From: a virus
Taxonomy: Duplodnaviria; Caudoviricetes
Virus record (IMG/VR): IMGVR_UViG_3300020045_001604
Coordinates: 1-64,000 of that record
Strand: one strand, 5' to 3'
DNA length: 64,000 bases
Under the pieces are notes generated by a model, which was given only the letters and a program-made list of their open reading frames with translations, did not search any database and was not told where the DNA came from. This document shows positions 25,840 to 37,681 of the stretch, piece after piece. The position numbers and the translations under genes are program-made. Numbering within the stretch: position 1 is the stretch's first letter; every line of letters starts with the position of its first letter.

Positions 25840-26059
25840 TTGCATTAACTGCGGACTATGCGAGTGGGAGTGTCCCAACAACGCAATATACGAACCAAGT
25901 ACACAATGGACGTACAAGAACGACAACGTAAAACAAGCGCCGTTATCTGACGATGTATACTACATCGTGGCAGAGAAGTGCACGGAATGTGTAGGCTTCC
26001 ACGACACGCCACAATGCGCAGTCGTATGTCCGTCCAATTGTTGTGTACCTAATAACTAA
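25817..26059 (+). CDS. 2[4Fe-4S] ferredoxin (YfhL-like, 80 aa)
   Basis: CINCGLCEWECP and CTECVGFHDTPQCAVVCP cluster-binding motifs. Confidence 0.88.
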   Translation: MSLKITDSCINCGLCEWECPNNAIYEPSTQWTYKNDNVKQAPLSDDVYYIVAEKCTECVGFHDTPQCAVVCPSNCCVPNN

Positions 26060-26152
26060 ACAAATGAAAAAACAGATAGCCTACGTGGTACTGCTATGGG
26101 CAGTATTCTTTACCATGATGGTAGTAGTAGTAAATAAATAAATAAAATAGAC

Positions 26153-28926
26153 ATGGAAAAAATAACACAAGACGGATTTGCGTGGCAGATCCTAGACAGA
26201 AACGATGCAATACAATACTTTCACGATGGCAAGACAATCTTTGCCCTTCGCGATGATGAGAGTGAATCACAGATAGTAACAAGACAAGACCTTGAAGACG
26301 CACTGGACTGGGATGACGTCCAGATTGGAGTAGAGATTGGATTTATAAAAACAAGCAAGATATGAGAACACCGATAAAACAAAACGAGGTTAGGCTGTAC
26401 CCTAACAGCACAACATGTCCGTACAGATTTAATGTGAGTATCAGTAACGACTGGTTCAATCAAGAATTTGTATACAAGGTATACGACAATAAGGTTGTAT
26501 TTAAGAGACCTACACTAGAATCAAAAAAGTTTCCAACTAGGGCAAGGAAGACTGGTAACTCATGGACATTCTTCCTAACCATACTAGACCAAGACAACCT
26601 AAGACTAGAGATACAAGACGAAGATATTAACGAAGACGAAGCAATACTATACCTATGAACGAACACCAAATAAAAGCCAGAGAGATTGTAATTAAGATGC
26701 AATTTCAACCGAATCCATTAGCATTTGAACAAGCGAGAATGTGCGCTTTAATAGCAGTTAATGAGATATTAGACGCTATTGATTGGCACAATTTTGAATT
26801 CCCAAATAAAGAATTTATATATTGGCAAGAAGTTAAACAAGAAATAGAAAAGTTATGAAACAAACAGCAGTAGAATGGTTACTTACTTATTTACCACAAA
26901 TAGATTATGGTAATGACCCATATTATAGAGATATAATTGAACAAGCCAAAGAAATGGAAAAGCAACAAATTATTGATGCGCACGGTTCAAAACAATATCA
27001 TAAATCAATTAATGGAGAACAATACTACAACGAAACATTTAACAAATAAAATTATGATACAGATACCACTAGCATTAGCCGTAGTAATTATTATAGCAAT
27101 ACACACAACACTAACACACTTAATGAATTGGGGAATACGAGAAGCGGAAAAGCAAGGAGATAACAATGCAATAGGGCTTTGTTTATTCTTTTCATTTTTA
27201 GAAATAACCTCAGTAATAGCACTACTATGCAACATGAAGCCAGTATAAAGATATCCTCTAAGTTAGAGTGTCTCAACAGAGAACTAAAGAGTCTATACAA
27301 CGACTTCTTTAACAACAACGGAATAATCGATTCCGATACGGTAGCGACAATGATAGTCAGCACAGAGCGTGAAATAGAAATTTATAAATACATTAATAAT
27401 TTAATAGATGAGAAGAAAAGTAAACATCAAGAACTATCTTGACAGAGAGCGCGAGTACAATAAAAAATTTGGGCAACTAGCTAAGTACGAGATGAAGGAT
27501 AACAATCTAAATTGGGAAGACGCTAAGAGACTAACAAGACAGAACATAATTTTTGCACTAATTAAATACGAAATACAGAATGGCAACATATAAAGAGGCA
27601 GTACAGAACAAGCTAGACACTTGGTACAAGACACTGGGACGACAAGAACTTTGTAAACTATACGGGGTAGACGATCCAGATCAGGAAATTATTAACTTAT
27701 GGTATAACATGTCGATCGATGACAAAATAACAATCTACGATGAAATCAACTAAACAAGAAACAATTGAACAAGCATCAGAATACCACGCACATAACTATT
27801 TTGATATGCACGAAACAAATAACTATAAAGCACTAAAACAGGGGTTTGAAGCAGGTGCTAAATGGCAGCAAGAACAATACAAGAAAAAGTTTAGTGAGGC
27901 AATTGATATTTTTGAATATATTTTAGAGTATGATGATGGAGTTGGTATTGCTTTAGGGTATAATTCAAGGGTAATGATTGAAAGATTTATAAATCAATTT
28001 AAAAACAAATAAGATATGTTAAAATTAAACACAAAAGTAAAAGTAGAAAATCAACAAACTTCTTTTACGGGTACTATTGAACGTATAATGAAATGGGAAA
28101 ACCCATTTAGTAGAAGCAAAGGTATTGATTATGTCGTAAGAGCAGATGACGACAACGAATTGTACAAATGTGCAGAAGAAGAAGTTTTAGAAATTTAAAA
28201 AAAAATAAGATATGACAGCAGTAGAATGGTATTCTCAACAACATTTAAAACTTTTAATCAAGTTAGAAAATAAAGAATTAAGTATCGGAGAATACGCAGT
28301 GCAACACCAAGAAATTTTGCACAAAGCCAAAGAAATGGAAAAGCAACAGATTATTGATGCTTTTAATGAAGGACAAGCCTTGAATGTAAGAGGTAAATTA
28401 ATTCAAGGTAAAGAATGGTTTGAACAATTTAAAAACAAATAAGATATGATACATTTACCTTGGATATTATTCTTAATTGGACATATAGGTTACACTTTAT
28501 ATGTAAAAGACGAAGCGTTTTGGTTTAGAAATACCAATAGTAGGATTAATGATGAATTAATGATGTTAATATTTGGCTTTGTGGCTTTTGTTGGTATTCT
28601 ATCGTCAGTTATGGTTTACGGAATAATGTTAATAGAATTAATTTAAAAACAAATAAGATATGGAAACAGAACAATCAAGATTACAAGAAATAAGAGTAAA
28701 ATTAGACAATTCAAATTCAAGGTTATATAATTTTTCAAATGACCTTTATTTACAAACTTCAAATTTATGTGGTGAATTTCCAAGACTTATAAATGAATTG
28801 CTGAATGAAGAAGTGAGTGATTTTTATGTAGATATTTTTAACGCTCAAATTAGATTTCAAAAACACATTACTGCTGATATTGAAAATACATTAAGTTATT
28901 TAAAATCAGCCACGAATAAGATATGA
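26153..28926 (+). CDS. Array of about 13 small hypothetical proteins, including recurrent phage families (TAVEWL..AKEMEKQQIIDA at 26855 and 28212; ALIAV.EIL..EVKQEIEKL at 26655)
   Basis: Tightly packed track ORFs 26153, 26362, 26655, 26855, 27179, 27408, 27740, 28016, 28212, 28446, 28660, plus small ORFs not in the track. Confidence 0.6.
26829..26858 (+). repeat. 30-nt dispersed direct repeat
   Basis: GAAGTTAAACAAGAAATAGAAAAGTTATGA, identical at 39248-39277 and with one mismatch at 39442-39471; includes stop and next start codons. Confidence 0.85.
27996..28662 (+). repeat. 23-nt gene-junction repeat, three copies
   Basis: AATTTAAAAACAAATAAGATATG at 27996-28018, 28426-28448 and 28640-28662, each ending in a start ATG. 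Confidence 0.85.
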
Positions 28927-29249
28927 GAAAAACCACAATAGATATACCAATATACTGTTGTAAGTTAAATATCATATTGGATAAAGACTTGTCTTATGTT
29001 GAAAAGAAATATAAGACAAAGCCTCTATCTAATTTTGGAGCAATTACAATGAGAGCGCCTGATAAATTTAGAGAGTATATTATAGCTTTTGAATATACTG
29101 ATGGAACTATAATAGCACACGAAATAGTACATTTAAAAAACTATATCTATCAAGACTGTTCAATGGAAGTAGATAGATATAACGATGAACCTGAGGCTTA
29201 TTTAACAGGTTGGCTATTTGACCAAATTAATAATTTTTTAAATAAATAA
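28923..29249 (+). CDS. Small zincin-like metalloprotease-motif protein (108 aa)
   Basis: IAHEIVHL (HExxH) followed by DEPEAYL (third ligand E). Confidence 0.6.
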   Translation: MRKTTIDIPIYCCKLNIILDKDLSYVEKKYKTKPLSNFGAITMRAPDKFREYIIAFEYTDGTIIAHEIVHLKNYIYQDCSMEVDRYNDEPEAYLTGWLFDQINNFLNK

Positions 29250-29252
29250 CAA

Positions 29253-29683
29253 ATGAAAAAAGTAGTATTGACATTAATAGGATACACATTAGGAGTAGTT
29301 CTTACAACTATTGGAATTAAAGGAATGATAGATAATTCAGGCAAACCAATATCATACCCTGAAGAAATACAAATAGCAAAACCAGGAGATACATTAATTG
29401 TATACGCTGTTAAGGATAGTATTTACATTGGATTTAAAAACAAATAATGAAAGTAATTAACGGAAGATGGGTAAACGATCAAGGAGAGACCTTGACTACT
29501 CCAGACGAGCACAACAAGTTTCAAGAGACATTGATGAGAGTGAAGAGTTTCTCACAAGGCAAACGACTAACTGAAAGAAAGGTTAACGTTCTCTTCAAGA
29601 TTTTAAGTACCAACGACGACATGGACAACGCGTTAACTAGCGTTCTATCTATGGATAATTCACAAATCAAAAGATTATTTTAA
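29253..29683 (+). CDS. Two hypothetical proteins (29253..29447, with N-terminal TM; 29447..29683)
   Basis: Abutting ORFs from the track. Confidence 0.6.
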
Positions 29684-29685
29684 TT

Positions 29686-30189
29686 ATGTCAAGAATAACA
29701 AAAGAAATAGCAACGCAGGTAGCAAGAGATTTGACTACTAAGAAAAGAGAAGAACTAAAAGTTTTAGACACTAAATTCCGTTCAGAACTTAAAAGGATGT
29801 ATGTTGAAGACGTACCTAATGAAATAAAAGAAATTTCAGTAAAATACCGTAAGTATTTTGACTTTAGGAGTAGAATATCATTAAATGGAGTGAATGGTTT
29901 TGGGTATGAATCGTACTCAATAGACGGAGAGGTTGTTGTGCCTAATAGCGGAGCCTATTACACTAATATATCTTCTGATAACGCAAAAATTTTAAAGAAA
30001 TTAGAAAATGAATTTCAAGATAAAAAGAAAGAGTTAAATGAATTGGTAAAAGACCTAGAGATTTTACTATATTCTCTACGTACTTACGCTAAGGTATCAG
30101 AACAATTTCCAGAGGCAATTCCTTTTTTACCTTTCAGAACCACAAGTGCTTTAGCTATTAACATCCAAGACTTAAGAAATAAATTATGA
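29686..30189 (+). CDS. Nmad5-like protein (167 aa)
   Basis: MSRITKEIA N-terminus and C-terminal T..KV.EQFPEA..FLP resemble nucleotide-modification-associated domain 5, from recall. Confidence 0.5.
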   Translation: MSRITKEIATQVARDLTTKKREELKVLDTKFRSELKRMYVEDVPNEIKEISVKYRKYFDFRSRISLNGVNGFGYESYSIDGEVVVPNSGAYYTNISSDNAKILKKLENEFQDKKKELNELVKDLEILLYSLRTYAKVSEQFPEAIPFLPFRTTSALAINIQDLRNKL

Positions 30190-30343
30190 CAGAAGAGCAA
30201 AGAGAAGTACTAAGAGACTTAGAAGTAGTAGTAGCAGTACTAGAGGTTAGAGACAACACGTACTGCATTAATAAATTAATGTCGATAAAAGAAAAACTTA
30301 AAAAAGAATGGGAAAAAAATTAGGAATTTATCTTTTATAATTA

Positions 30344-30351
30344 TACATTTG
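30344..30351 (+). promoter_or_regulatory. -7 promoter box for the recombination/replication operon
   Basis: TACATTTG just before the ATG at 30356. Confidence 0.55.
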
Positions 30352-30355
30352 CCAC

Positions 30356-30983
30356 ATGAAAGAAGAAATTTTTAATCAGGCAAAGATGGATTCACTAGCC
30401 AAGAGGTTAGTAACTCCAGTATCTGTATCGTATATCTACAAGGGTATAAAGATAGAGAATAGAGAGGGTCATATTGCGATATACAATACTAAAATCCCAG
30501 GTGACGAGTACACGGAGATCTCTGAAGATCAGTACGAGGTGTTCTATAACCACGGATTTAGAATGGGTGTATACAACCTATGTATATTCAACTACAACTG
30601 CTCACTAAATGGTATACAGAATAAAATCAGGACAGAGCTAACTAATCGTAACAATCAGAAGCACTACCACTCGATGAAGTCACACAGAACGTATATCATG
30701 AACAAGTACACAGAAATTTTAAAACTTAAATAACATGAAACTAGACGAAGAATACTCAATCAAGTCTGACGGAGTTGGCACCACGCTACAACTAGAGACT
30801 CCAAGACAGAGAGAAAAAGACGGAAAGACAGTAGACTTTATTTACACAGACAAGTGGTACTATCTTACTGTAGAACAGGCACTTAGAAAGTACCTCGACC
30901 TTAAGTTAGAGAACTGCGAGGACGTAAAGGACTGCCTTACAAGAATAGAAGAAGTGAAACAAATAATATCTAAAATAAAATGA
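30356..30983 (+). CDS. Two hypothetical proteins (30356..30733; 30735..30983)
   Basis: Track ORFs heading the recombination operon. Confidence 0.65.
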
Positions 30984-31504
30984 CAAACTGGAAAGACGCA
31001 TTCGACAGCCCATTCATGAGTTCATACGAACTAGACGGGCCAGTACAGCTCACCGTTGAAAGGGTAGAGCAGAAGATGGTACAACTAACCAAACAAGAGC
31101 TAAAAAACGTAGCCTACTTTAAAGAGGCCAAGCTACCATCTGGACGACCAACCAAGCCAATGATCTTAAACTCAGGTAACTGTAAAATGCTACACAACGC
31201 GGTTAAGTCTGGTAACGTTGATGCATGGAAGAATATTACAATTGAGTTAAGTGTTAAGCCTAACAAGGGACGTATCGGAGAGGCTCAGGGACTAGCGATT
31301 AATAGGATCATAGCGGTAGGAGAAGGATCCACGCCAGTAAATGCCAAGACGGAACTAACACCAGAGTCACCTAACTGGGCTGGAGTTATCGAGTACGTTA
31401 AGGCAAACAAGCAACTGGGTCTGGCTAATATTATTAACAACTTGCAGTCTAAGTACACCATCTCTACTGCTACTAAAAAAGAACTAGGAAATTATGTCGA
31501 CTAA
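30980..31504 (+). CDS. Putative ssDNA-binding/annealing protein (174 aa)
   Basis: Directly upstream of the exonuclease; KPMILN..N.K.L..W..I.L motif and a helical C-terminal domain. Confidence 0.45.
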   Translation: MTNWKDAFDSPFMSSYELDGPVQLTVERVEQKMVQLTKQELKNVAYFKEAKLPSGRPTKPMILNSGNCKMLHNAVKSGNVDAWKNITIELSVKPNKGRIGEAQGLAINRIIAVGEGSTPVNAKTELTPESPNWAGVIEYVKANKQLGLANIINNLQSKYTISTATKKELGNYVD

Positions 31505-32228
31505 CATCATTGAAAAATTACAGAACGATGCGGACTACTACGGTGATTTTGGTAAGCAGTTCTTATCTAACTCAGACATCGGAGACTTATTAAACAACCC
31601 GAAGAATTTTAAAAAGAACACCGAAACCACTAAGGCGATGATCGAGGGTAGCTACTTTCACACTGCCGTACTGGAGCCAGAGAAGTTAGGAAACTTTAAT
31701 ATCGTAGACGCGTCAAGCCGTAACACGAATATCTATAAGGACGCGGTTAAGGAGTCTGGATCCAACATCCTAATCCTTAGATCTGAAGTAGATGAGCTTA
31801 ACAACCTTGTCAATACAATGAAGGGTAACCTTCACTTTTACGACAACATCTATAAGGCTGGAAATCAGTTTGAGGTGCCAAACGTTAAGGAGATCTACGG
31901 AGCCATGTGGAAGGGCAAGGCTGACATTGTGACTGACGAGATGATCATTGACATTAAGACGACGTCAAAGATATCAGAGTTTAGATACAGCGCAAAGAAG
32001 TACAACTACGATAGTCAGGCGTACCTATACCAAGAGTTCTTTGGTAAGCCGTTAGTGTTCTATGTTATAGACAAGGAAACAGGTATGCTAGGAGAGTTTA
32101 CTTGTAGCGACGACTTCTTAGAGTCTGGACGAGTTAAGGTAATCTCGGCGATCGATCAGTACAATAAGTTCTTTGGTAAGGATGCGTGGGCTGACATAAA
32201 CAATTATATCATTGAAGAAGAATTATAA
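31494..32228 (+). CDS. PD-(D/E)XK exonuclease (RecE/DUF3799-like, 244 aa)
   Basis: LSNSDI, GSYFHTAVLEP, WKGKADIV..IIDIKTT, YNYDSQAYLY. Confidence 0.8.
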   Translation: MSTNIIEKLQNDADYYGDFGKQFLSNSDIGDLLNNPKNFKKNTETTKAMIEGSYFHTAVLEPEKLGNFNIVDASSRNTNIYKDAVKESGSNILILRSEVDELNNLVNTMKGNLHFYDNIYKAGNQFEVPNVKEIYGAMWKGKADIVTDEMIIDIKTTSKISEFRYSAKKYNYDSQAYLYQEFFGKPLVFYVIDKETGMLGEFTCSDDFLESGRVKVISAIDQYNKFFGKDAWADINNYIIEEEL

Positions 32229-32247
32229 ACAATTGAATTAAATCAAC

Positions 32248-32442
32248 ATGAGTACATTTTTAGAAAGATTAGAACAAGAAAAAAAAGACTTAATTGACAA
32301 ATCGGTTCTTTTAAATAAATTTATGAAAACAGAAGATTTTTATAATTTATCTGATGCAAACCAATATTTACTAAGAGAACAATTAGAGTTAATGTTAAGG
32401 TATTCAAGTATTTTAAACATTAGAATAGAATTAAATAAATAA
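32248..32442 (+). CDS. Hypothetical protein (64 aa)
   Basis: RL..EK.DL..L..F..L..Q..LM..Y..IL..RI motif, common in Bacteroidota phages. Confidence 0.6.
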   Translation: MSTFLERLEQEKKDLIDKSVLLNKFMKTEDFYNLSDANQYLLREQLELMLRYSSILNIRIELNK

Positions 32443-32457
32443 TTAAATTAAATAAAC

Positions 32458-32748
32458 ATGGAAGTAAAAGGAAAAATCAAGTTCATCGGATCAACACAAC
32501 AAGTATCTGAAAAGTTTTCAAAAAGAGAAATCGTAGTATCAACTGACGAGCAGTACCCACAACACATCAGCATAGAGTTCAATCAGGACAAGTGCGCGAT
32601 ACTAGACAAGTATAACGTTGGAGAGAATGTAGAGGTTGGCATCAACTTGCGCGGTAGAGAGTGGACTGATCCACAAGGATTAATTAAATACTTCAACAGC
32701 ATCCAAGGATGGAATATTAAGAAGGAAGCGACTAACGACATCCCTTAA
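32458..32748 (+). CDS. DUF3127-like OB-fold single-strand DNA-binding protein (96 aa)
   Basis: FSKREIVV..YPQHISIEFNQDK..V.VGINLRGREW..YFNSIQGWNI. Confidence 0.8.
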   Translation: MEVKGKIKFIGSTQQVSEKFSKREIVVSTDEQYPQHISIEFNQDKCAILDKYNVGENVEVGINLRGREWTDPQGLIKYFNSIQGWNIKKEATNDIP

Positions 32749-32767
32749 TTAGACGTATCACACTCAT

Positions 32768-32796
32768 CAGGCCTCGAGTGTTTCGGGGCCTTTTTA
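32768..32796 (+). terminator. Intrinsic terminator-like hairpin
   Basis: AGGCCTCGAG-TGT-TTCGGGGCCT followed by TTTT. Confidence 0.55.
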
Positions 32797-32812
32797 ATTT
32801 AAATTTTAATCA

Positions 32813-35230
32813 ATGGTAACAATATTTGCTAATATAAAACAAACTGAGACGCCATTCTTTCGACCAATCGAAAAGATACTAGAACGCACCAGAGATGGTC
32901 ACTCCAAGGAGCTAGTAGAAAAGATCCGAAAAGAAAAGGACAAGTCGCTCAGAAATATTATGAAGCAGTCACTACCAGCGATATGCTTCTCGGGTACATT
33001 TAATAAAAGACTCGACACCGCGCTAGTAGAACACAGTGGATATATATGCCTAGACTTTGATGGGTATGCTACAGCTAAGGAGATGAAGATGGAAAAGGAT
33101 ATATTATCTACAGACAACTATGTTTACTCTGTGTTTATATCCCCATCAGGAGACGGACTGAAGGTACTCGTTAAGATACCTAAGGATCCAGACAATCACA
33201 AGAACTACTTTAACGCACTAGAGAAGCACTTCGACTCTCCTCAGTTTGATAAGGCGTGTAAGAACATATCACGCGTTTGCTACGAGTCATATGATCCAGC
33301 AATATACATCAACGAGGATTCTGAAGAGTGGACAGAGATAGCTGAGCATGAGTACGTTGAGAAGGAGAAGTTCAACTCTCAGCCAACCATACCAATAACA
33401 AACGAGAATAAGATCGTTGACATCCTAATGAAGTGGTGGACTAAAAGATACGGACTGGTAGACGGAGAGCGTAACAACAATGTGTTTATATTGGCATCAG
33501 CGTTTAACGAGTACGGTATATCTCAGTCACTGGCCGAGTATGTTATGAGTCAGTTTCAGGCTAAGGACTTTCCTATGTCTGAGATTAACACAGCCATTCA
33601 GTCTGCATATAGAAACACGAGCAAGCACGGTACAAAGTTCTACGAGGACGACGACAAGCTGGCTCAGGTACGTCAAAAGATTAAGAGAGGAGTGTCCAAG
33701 AAGGATATCAAGTCTGAGCTTATGACTACAGCGCTAGACGAGAACACAATCGATACGGTGATTAGCACAATAGATCAGGACGAGTCGGCCAAGAAGTTCT
33801 GGACCAAGTCAGACAAGGGATCTATCAGTATAGTTCACTATCTATTCAAGGAGTTCTTAGAGGACAACGGGTTCTATAAGTTCACACCGTCTGGTAGTAA
33901 GAGTTCTATATTTGTAAGGGTAACCAACAACCTCATCAACCACACATCTGACGATGAGATCAAGGACTTTGTTTTGACGTATCTAGAAGGACTTGACGAC
34001 CTGTCAATCTATAACTACTTTGCTGATAAGACGCGCTTCTTTAAGGACGACTTCTTGTCACTACTTACATCAGTTGACGTATCGTTCATGGAAGACGATA
34101 AGGACAACGCGTACCTATACTATAGAAACTGCGCTGTAAATATCACTAAGGACAAGGTAAACATTATTGACTACCTAGACCTAGGCGGATACGTATGGAG
34201 CGATCAGGTTATCGATAGAGACTTTGATATATGTGAGGTTACGGACTGTGACTACAAGGTATTTATCTCTAACATATCTGGAGGAGACGAGAGTAGAATC
34301 AAGTCAATGGAGAGTACGATCGGATTCTTATTGCACGGGTACAAGAACTTCTCTTACTGCCCAGCTGTGATACTGAATGATGAGGTGATCACTGATAATC
34401 CAGAGGGTGGTACAGGTAAGGGATTGTTTGTTAATGCTGTGTCTAAGATGAAGAATACCGCTTCGATCGATGGTAAGCGTTTCAACTTTGATAGTTCGTT
34501 TCCGTACCAGACCATGTCGGTTGACACGCAGGTGCTGTCGTTTGATGACGTTAAGAAGCACTTTGACTTCGAGAGATTATTCTCTGTTATTACAGAGGGT
34601 ATTACAATTGAGAAGAAGAACAAGGACGCGATAAAGATACCATTCGATAAGTCTCCAAAGATTATCATCACAACCAACTATGCAATCAAGGGTAAGGGTA
34701 ACTCATTCGAGAGACGTAAATGGGAGCTAGAGTTTAAGCAGTTCTACACTAAGGAGTTTACGCCACAGGTTGAGTTCGGTAGGTTATTGTTTAGCGAGTG
34801 GGACGAGGATGAGTGGTGTCGATTCGATAACTACATGATCAACAACTTACAGGCCTACTTAACTACTGGACTAATCAAGAGTACGTTCGTTAACTTGAAG
34901 ATCAGAAAGTTATCAGCCGAGACGTGTCATGAGTTCATTGATTGGTGTGGACTTATTGATGGTAAGGCGCATAGTGATAAGTTGAAGACCAACACTGTAA
35001 TTTATAAGCAGGACCTTTACGTTGACTTTATTCAAGACAATCCAGACTTTGCCCCTAAGGCCAAGATGACTATCTCTAGAAACATGTTCTATAAGTGGCT
35101 AGACTCGTACGGGGTATTTATATCTGGGGTACAACCAATAGAGGGTAGAGACATGAACGGAAGATGGATAAAGTTTGTAGACAAACCGCAGACAGAAAAA
35201 CCAAAAGATGAACCACAACTCTTATTCTGA
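32813..35230 (+). CDS. Primase-helicase: VirE-N/BT4734-like primase domain, PriCT-like domain and P-loop helicase (805 aa)
   Basis: LPAICFSG..GYICLDFD..FISPSGDGLKVLV..D.ACK..SR.C..SYDP; GERNNNVFILA; Walker A GGTGKG; Walker B FDDV. Confidence 0.8.
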   Translation: MVTIFANIKQTETPFFRPIEKILERTRDGHSKELVEKIRKEKDKSLRNIMKQSLPAICFSGTFNKRLDTALVEHSGYICLDFDGYATAKEMKMEKDILSTDNYVYSVFISPSGDGLKVLVKIPKDPDNHKNYFNALEKHFDSPQFDKACKNISRVCYESYDPAIYINEDSEEWTEIAEHEYVEKEKFNSQPTIPITNENKIVDILMKWWTKRYGLVDGERNNNVFILASAFNEYGISQSLAEYVMSQFQAKDFPMSEINTAIQSAYRNTSKHGTKFYEDDDKLAQVRQKIKRGVSKKDIKSELMTTALDENTIDTVISTIDQDESAKKFWTKSDKGSISIVHYLFKEFLEDNGFYKFTPSGSKSSIFVRVTNNLINHTSDDEIKDFVLTYLEGLDDLSIYNYFADKTRFFKDDFLSLLTSVDVSFMEDDKDNAYLYYRNCAVNITKDKVNIIDYLDLGGYVWSDQVIDRDFDICEVTDCDYKVFISNISGGDESRIKSMESTIGFLLHGYKNFSYCPAVILNDEVITDNPEGGTGKGLFVNAVSKMKNTASIDGKRFNFDSSFPYQTMSVDTQVLSFDDVKKHFDFERLFSVITEGITIEKKNKDAIKIPFDKSPKIIITTNYAIKGKGNSFERRKWELEFKQFYTKEFTPQVEFGRLLFSEWDEDEWCRFDNYMINNLQAYLTTGLIKSTFVNLKIRKLSAETCHEFIDWCGLIDGKAHSDKLKTNTVIYKQDLYVDFIQDNPDFAPKAKMTISRNMFYKWLDSYGVFISGVQPIEGRDMNGRWIKFVDKPQTEKPKDEPQLLF

Positions 35231-37681
35231 TGCGAAGTGGTGCATTGAGAACGACTATCAGGTTTACATTAAACCAATTGATAGTCAGTTCTGCATCGCT
35301 ATAAGACGGGGCGGAATATCCTCGCACGGTAAGGACTGGCGTCAAGAGAAGGGTATAGAATATACCAGCTCAGAGGTGCTAGGTTCTATGAGATATAAGA
35401 CGGTAGAGAAGGCTACCGAGAAGATACCAGAAGTTTATAAGTACTTAAAAGAAAGACACAGATAACACTAAAAAAGAAGATTATGATTTTGATATTATTA
35501 TATTTAGCAATTACTATAATTGCCATTACAGTTTGCTATTTTGATGCTAAAGAATATCATTTTACCGTTAAAAATTTCTTAATTGAATGTTTACTTGTTG
35601 TAATTCTACCGCCGGTTACAGCAGTGTTTTTAGCAAGTAGATTAATTGAGTTTTTTAAAATTAAATTACCAAAATTTAAAATAAATACTGATTTTATAAA
35701 TGAGTTTTTAAATAAAAAATTATGACACTAAAAGAAAAATTTAAACTAATAGAAGGTAACTCTATAACTTGGAGTGCATTTTATGATACGCAAGTGCAAA
35801 TAGCAGACGATTACGCTATTGAGTTTGCAGAGTGGTGCGATGATAACTATTTTAAAAACGGAAAAGGTAATAGTAATTGGTCAGCTTCAATGGACTGGGA
35901 CGACAATGAAAAGTTTACAACAAAAGAATTATTAGAAATATTTAAAAAAGAAAAAGGATGGTAAGATTTTGGAGTGAAAGAGATAAGAATTCAAGAATGT
36001 ATTTTTATTACGACATAGTTTTAGGATTAGTTTATTATTCAGGAATATAAAAACAAAAGGAATTATGACAATAGATAATATATACAAGGTTCGATTTGAG
36101 AATCATTACGACAAGTATTTCGGATTCTTAAGAAACGAAAAGAAGTTTAGTCTTGGAGACGACGTATTTATTGGTTATGGAAAAGACAATATATTCAGAG
36201 GCATAATAAGAGGCATCGAACTTAGCGACAATTTAAATCCAGAGATATACTACAAGGTGGATATCCCAAAGGGATTAGTATTTAACTTTGAGGGTAATGA
36301 GGAAACCTCGTTAAGCTTAAATTGTAATTACATATTTAGCTCTTTAGATGATGCTAAAGAATCTAGGATCAGACAGCTAAATAAAATGCACAAACTAGAA
36401 CTTGAAAGTATAGAAAACTTTTTTAATCAGTTTAAAGATGAAGAGGTTTCTTAAGTACACCATAGTATGGATAGCAAGTAACCTAGCTATACCGTTCTGG
36501 GTAGTAGGTCACGTGCACTTATCTATTAATGTTTACGAGGATATACGAGAGATCATCGCTTCATTCGGCATGAATATTTTAGTACTAATAGGATTTTTAA
36601 TTCAGTATAAAGATGAAGACAGGAATTGAATTATCATTAACGCTACAGCTAGCACTGGAGTTAATGGACGAGATGAGGTTGAAAGGTAAAACAAAGAACC
36701 TAGCGAACTTACTCAAGAACGATATTGAAAAAGATGTTGTTAACAACTACAACACGATGTACAAGAACGGCCCGCAGATGGTAACAAACTTAATGAACTC
36801 TAGACACAGACTAATCAGTCAAATAGCAGAGTTTGATGAGCCTGATTTATTACTACTGTCACATATTATTAATCATGTGGTGGACAACATTGATAAGGCC
36901 AGAGAGAACAGGGTATTATTTTTAAATGAACTACTATGAAAGCACAAGAATTAAGAATTGGGAATTTAGTTGAATTTAAAGGTCAAATAGAAACTGCCTA
37001 TCAAATAAAAAATAGTGGTATTGATTTTTTAAGAGGAACAACTCAAAAAGGTATAATTTATCAATCTTATGTATGGGAAGCAATTAACCCAATTCCATTA
37101 AAAGGAGAATGGTTTTTAAAATTTGGATTTAATGAACACGCTATTGGATATTATAATAAAAACCAAAACATAGTTATAGGTTATGCAAATACAGGTATGT
37201 ATGAATATAGATTAAGAGAATTTGGAACAATTATAAAATATGTACACCAACTTCAAAACTTATACTTTGCGCTTACTGGAGAAGAATTAACATTAAAAGA
37301 ACAGCTATGACACTAAACTACAGAGAGGTAGCGTTTGTACTTAACAAACCTTCCGCAGAAATAAAGACTAAGTTTCAGGAGCTATTAAAGATAGATAAAG
37401 TATCTATCAAGGATGAGGTTCATATTGACGACCTATCATGGCAATTTGGAAGCATAAAGTCTGTTGATCAAAGGTACGATGGGCTACCGTTATTTCCTTT
37501 CTACTTGCGTGAATGTAAGAAGTCATTTAGGAATTATCTAAATGAAAAATCATGCATCAAGGCTAAGAAGTTTACCAGTGGACGCACTATATTTTATAAG
37601 ACATTGACACCGGAAGAAATTGAGTTTTGCAATAACAACTTAGCTTATAAATACAAAGAGGTATATGGAAAAAAAGCTTAG
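35208..37681 (+). CDS. Cluster of hypothetical proteins (35208, 35483, 35722, 36065, 36438, 36613, 36936 YopX-like, 37307)
   Basis: Tightly packed track ORFs. 36936 has ELRIGNLV..PI.L..EW..KFGF..YVHQLQNLYFAL. Confidence 0.6.
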
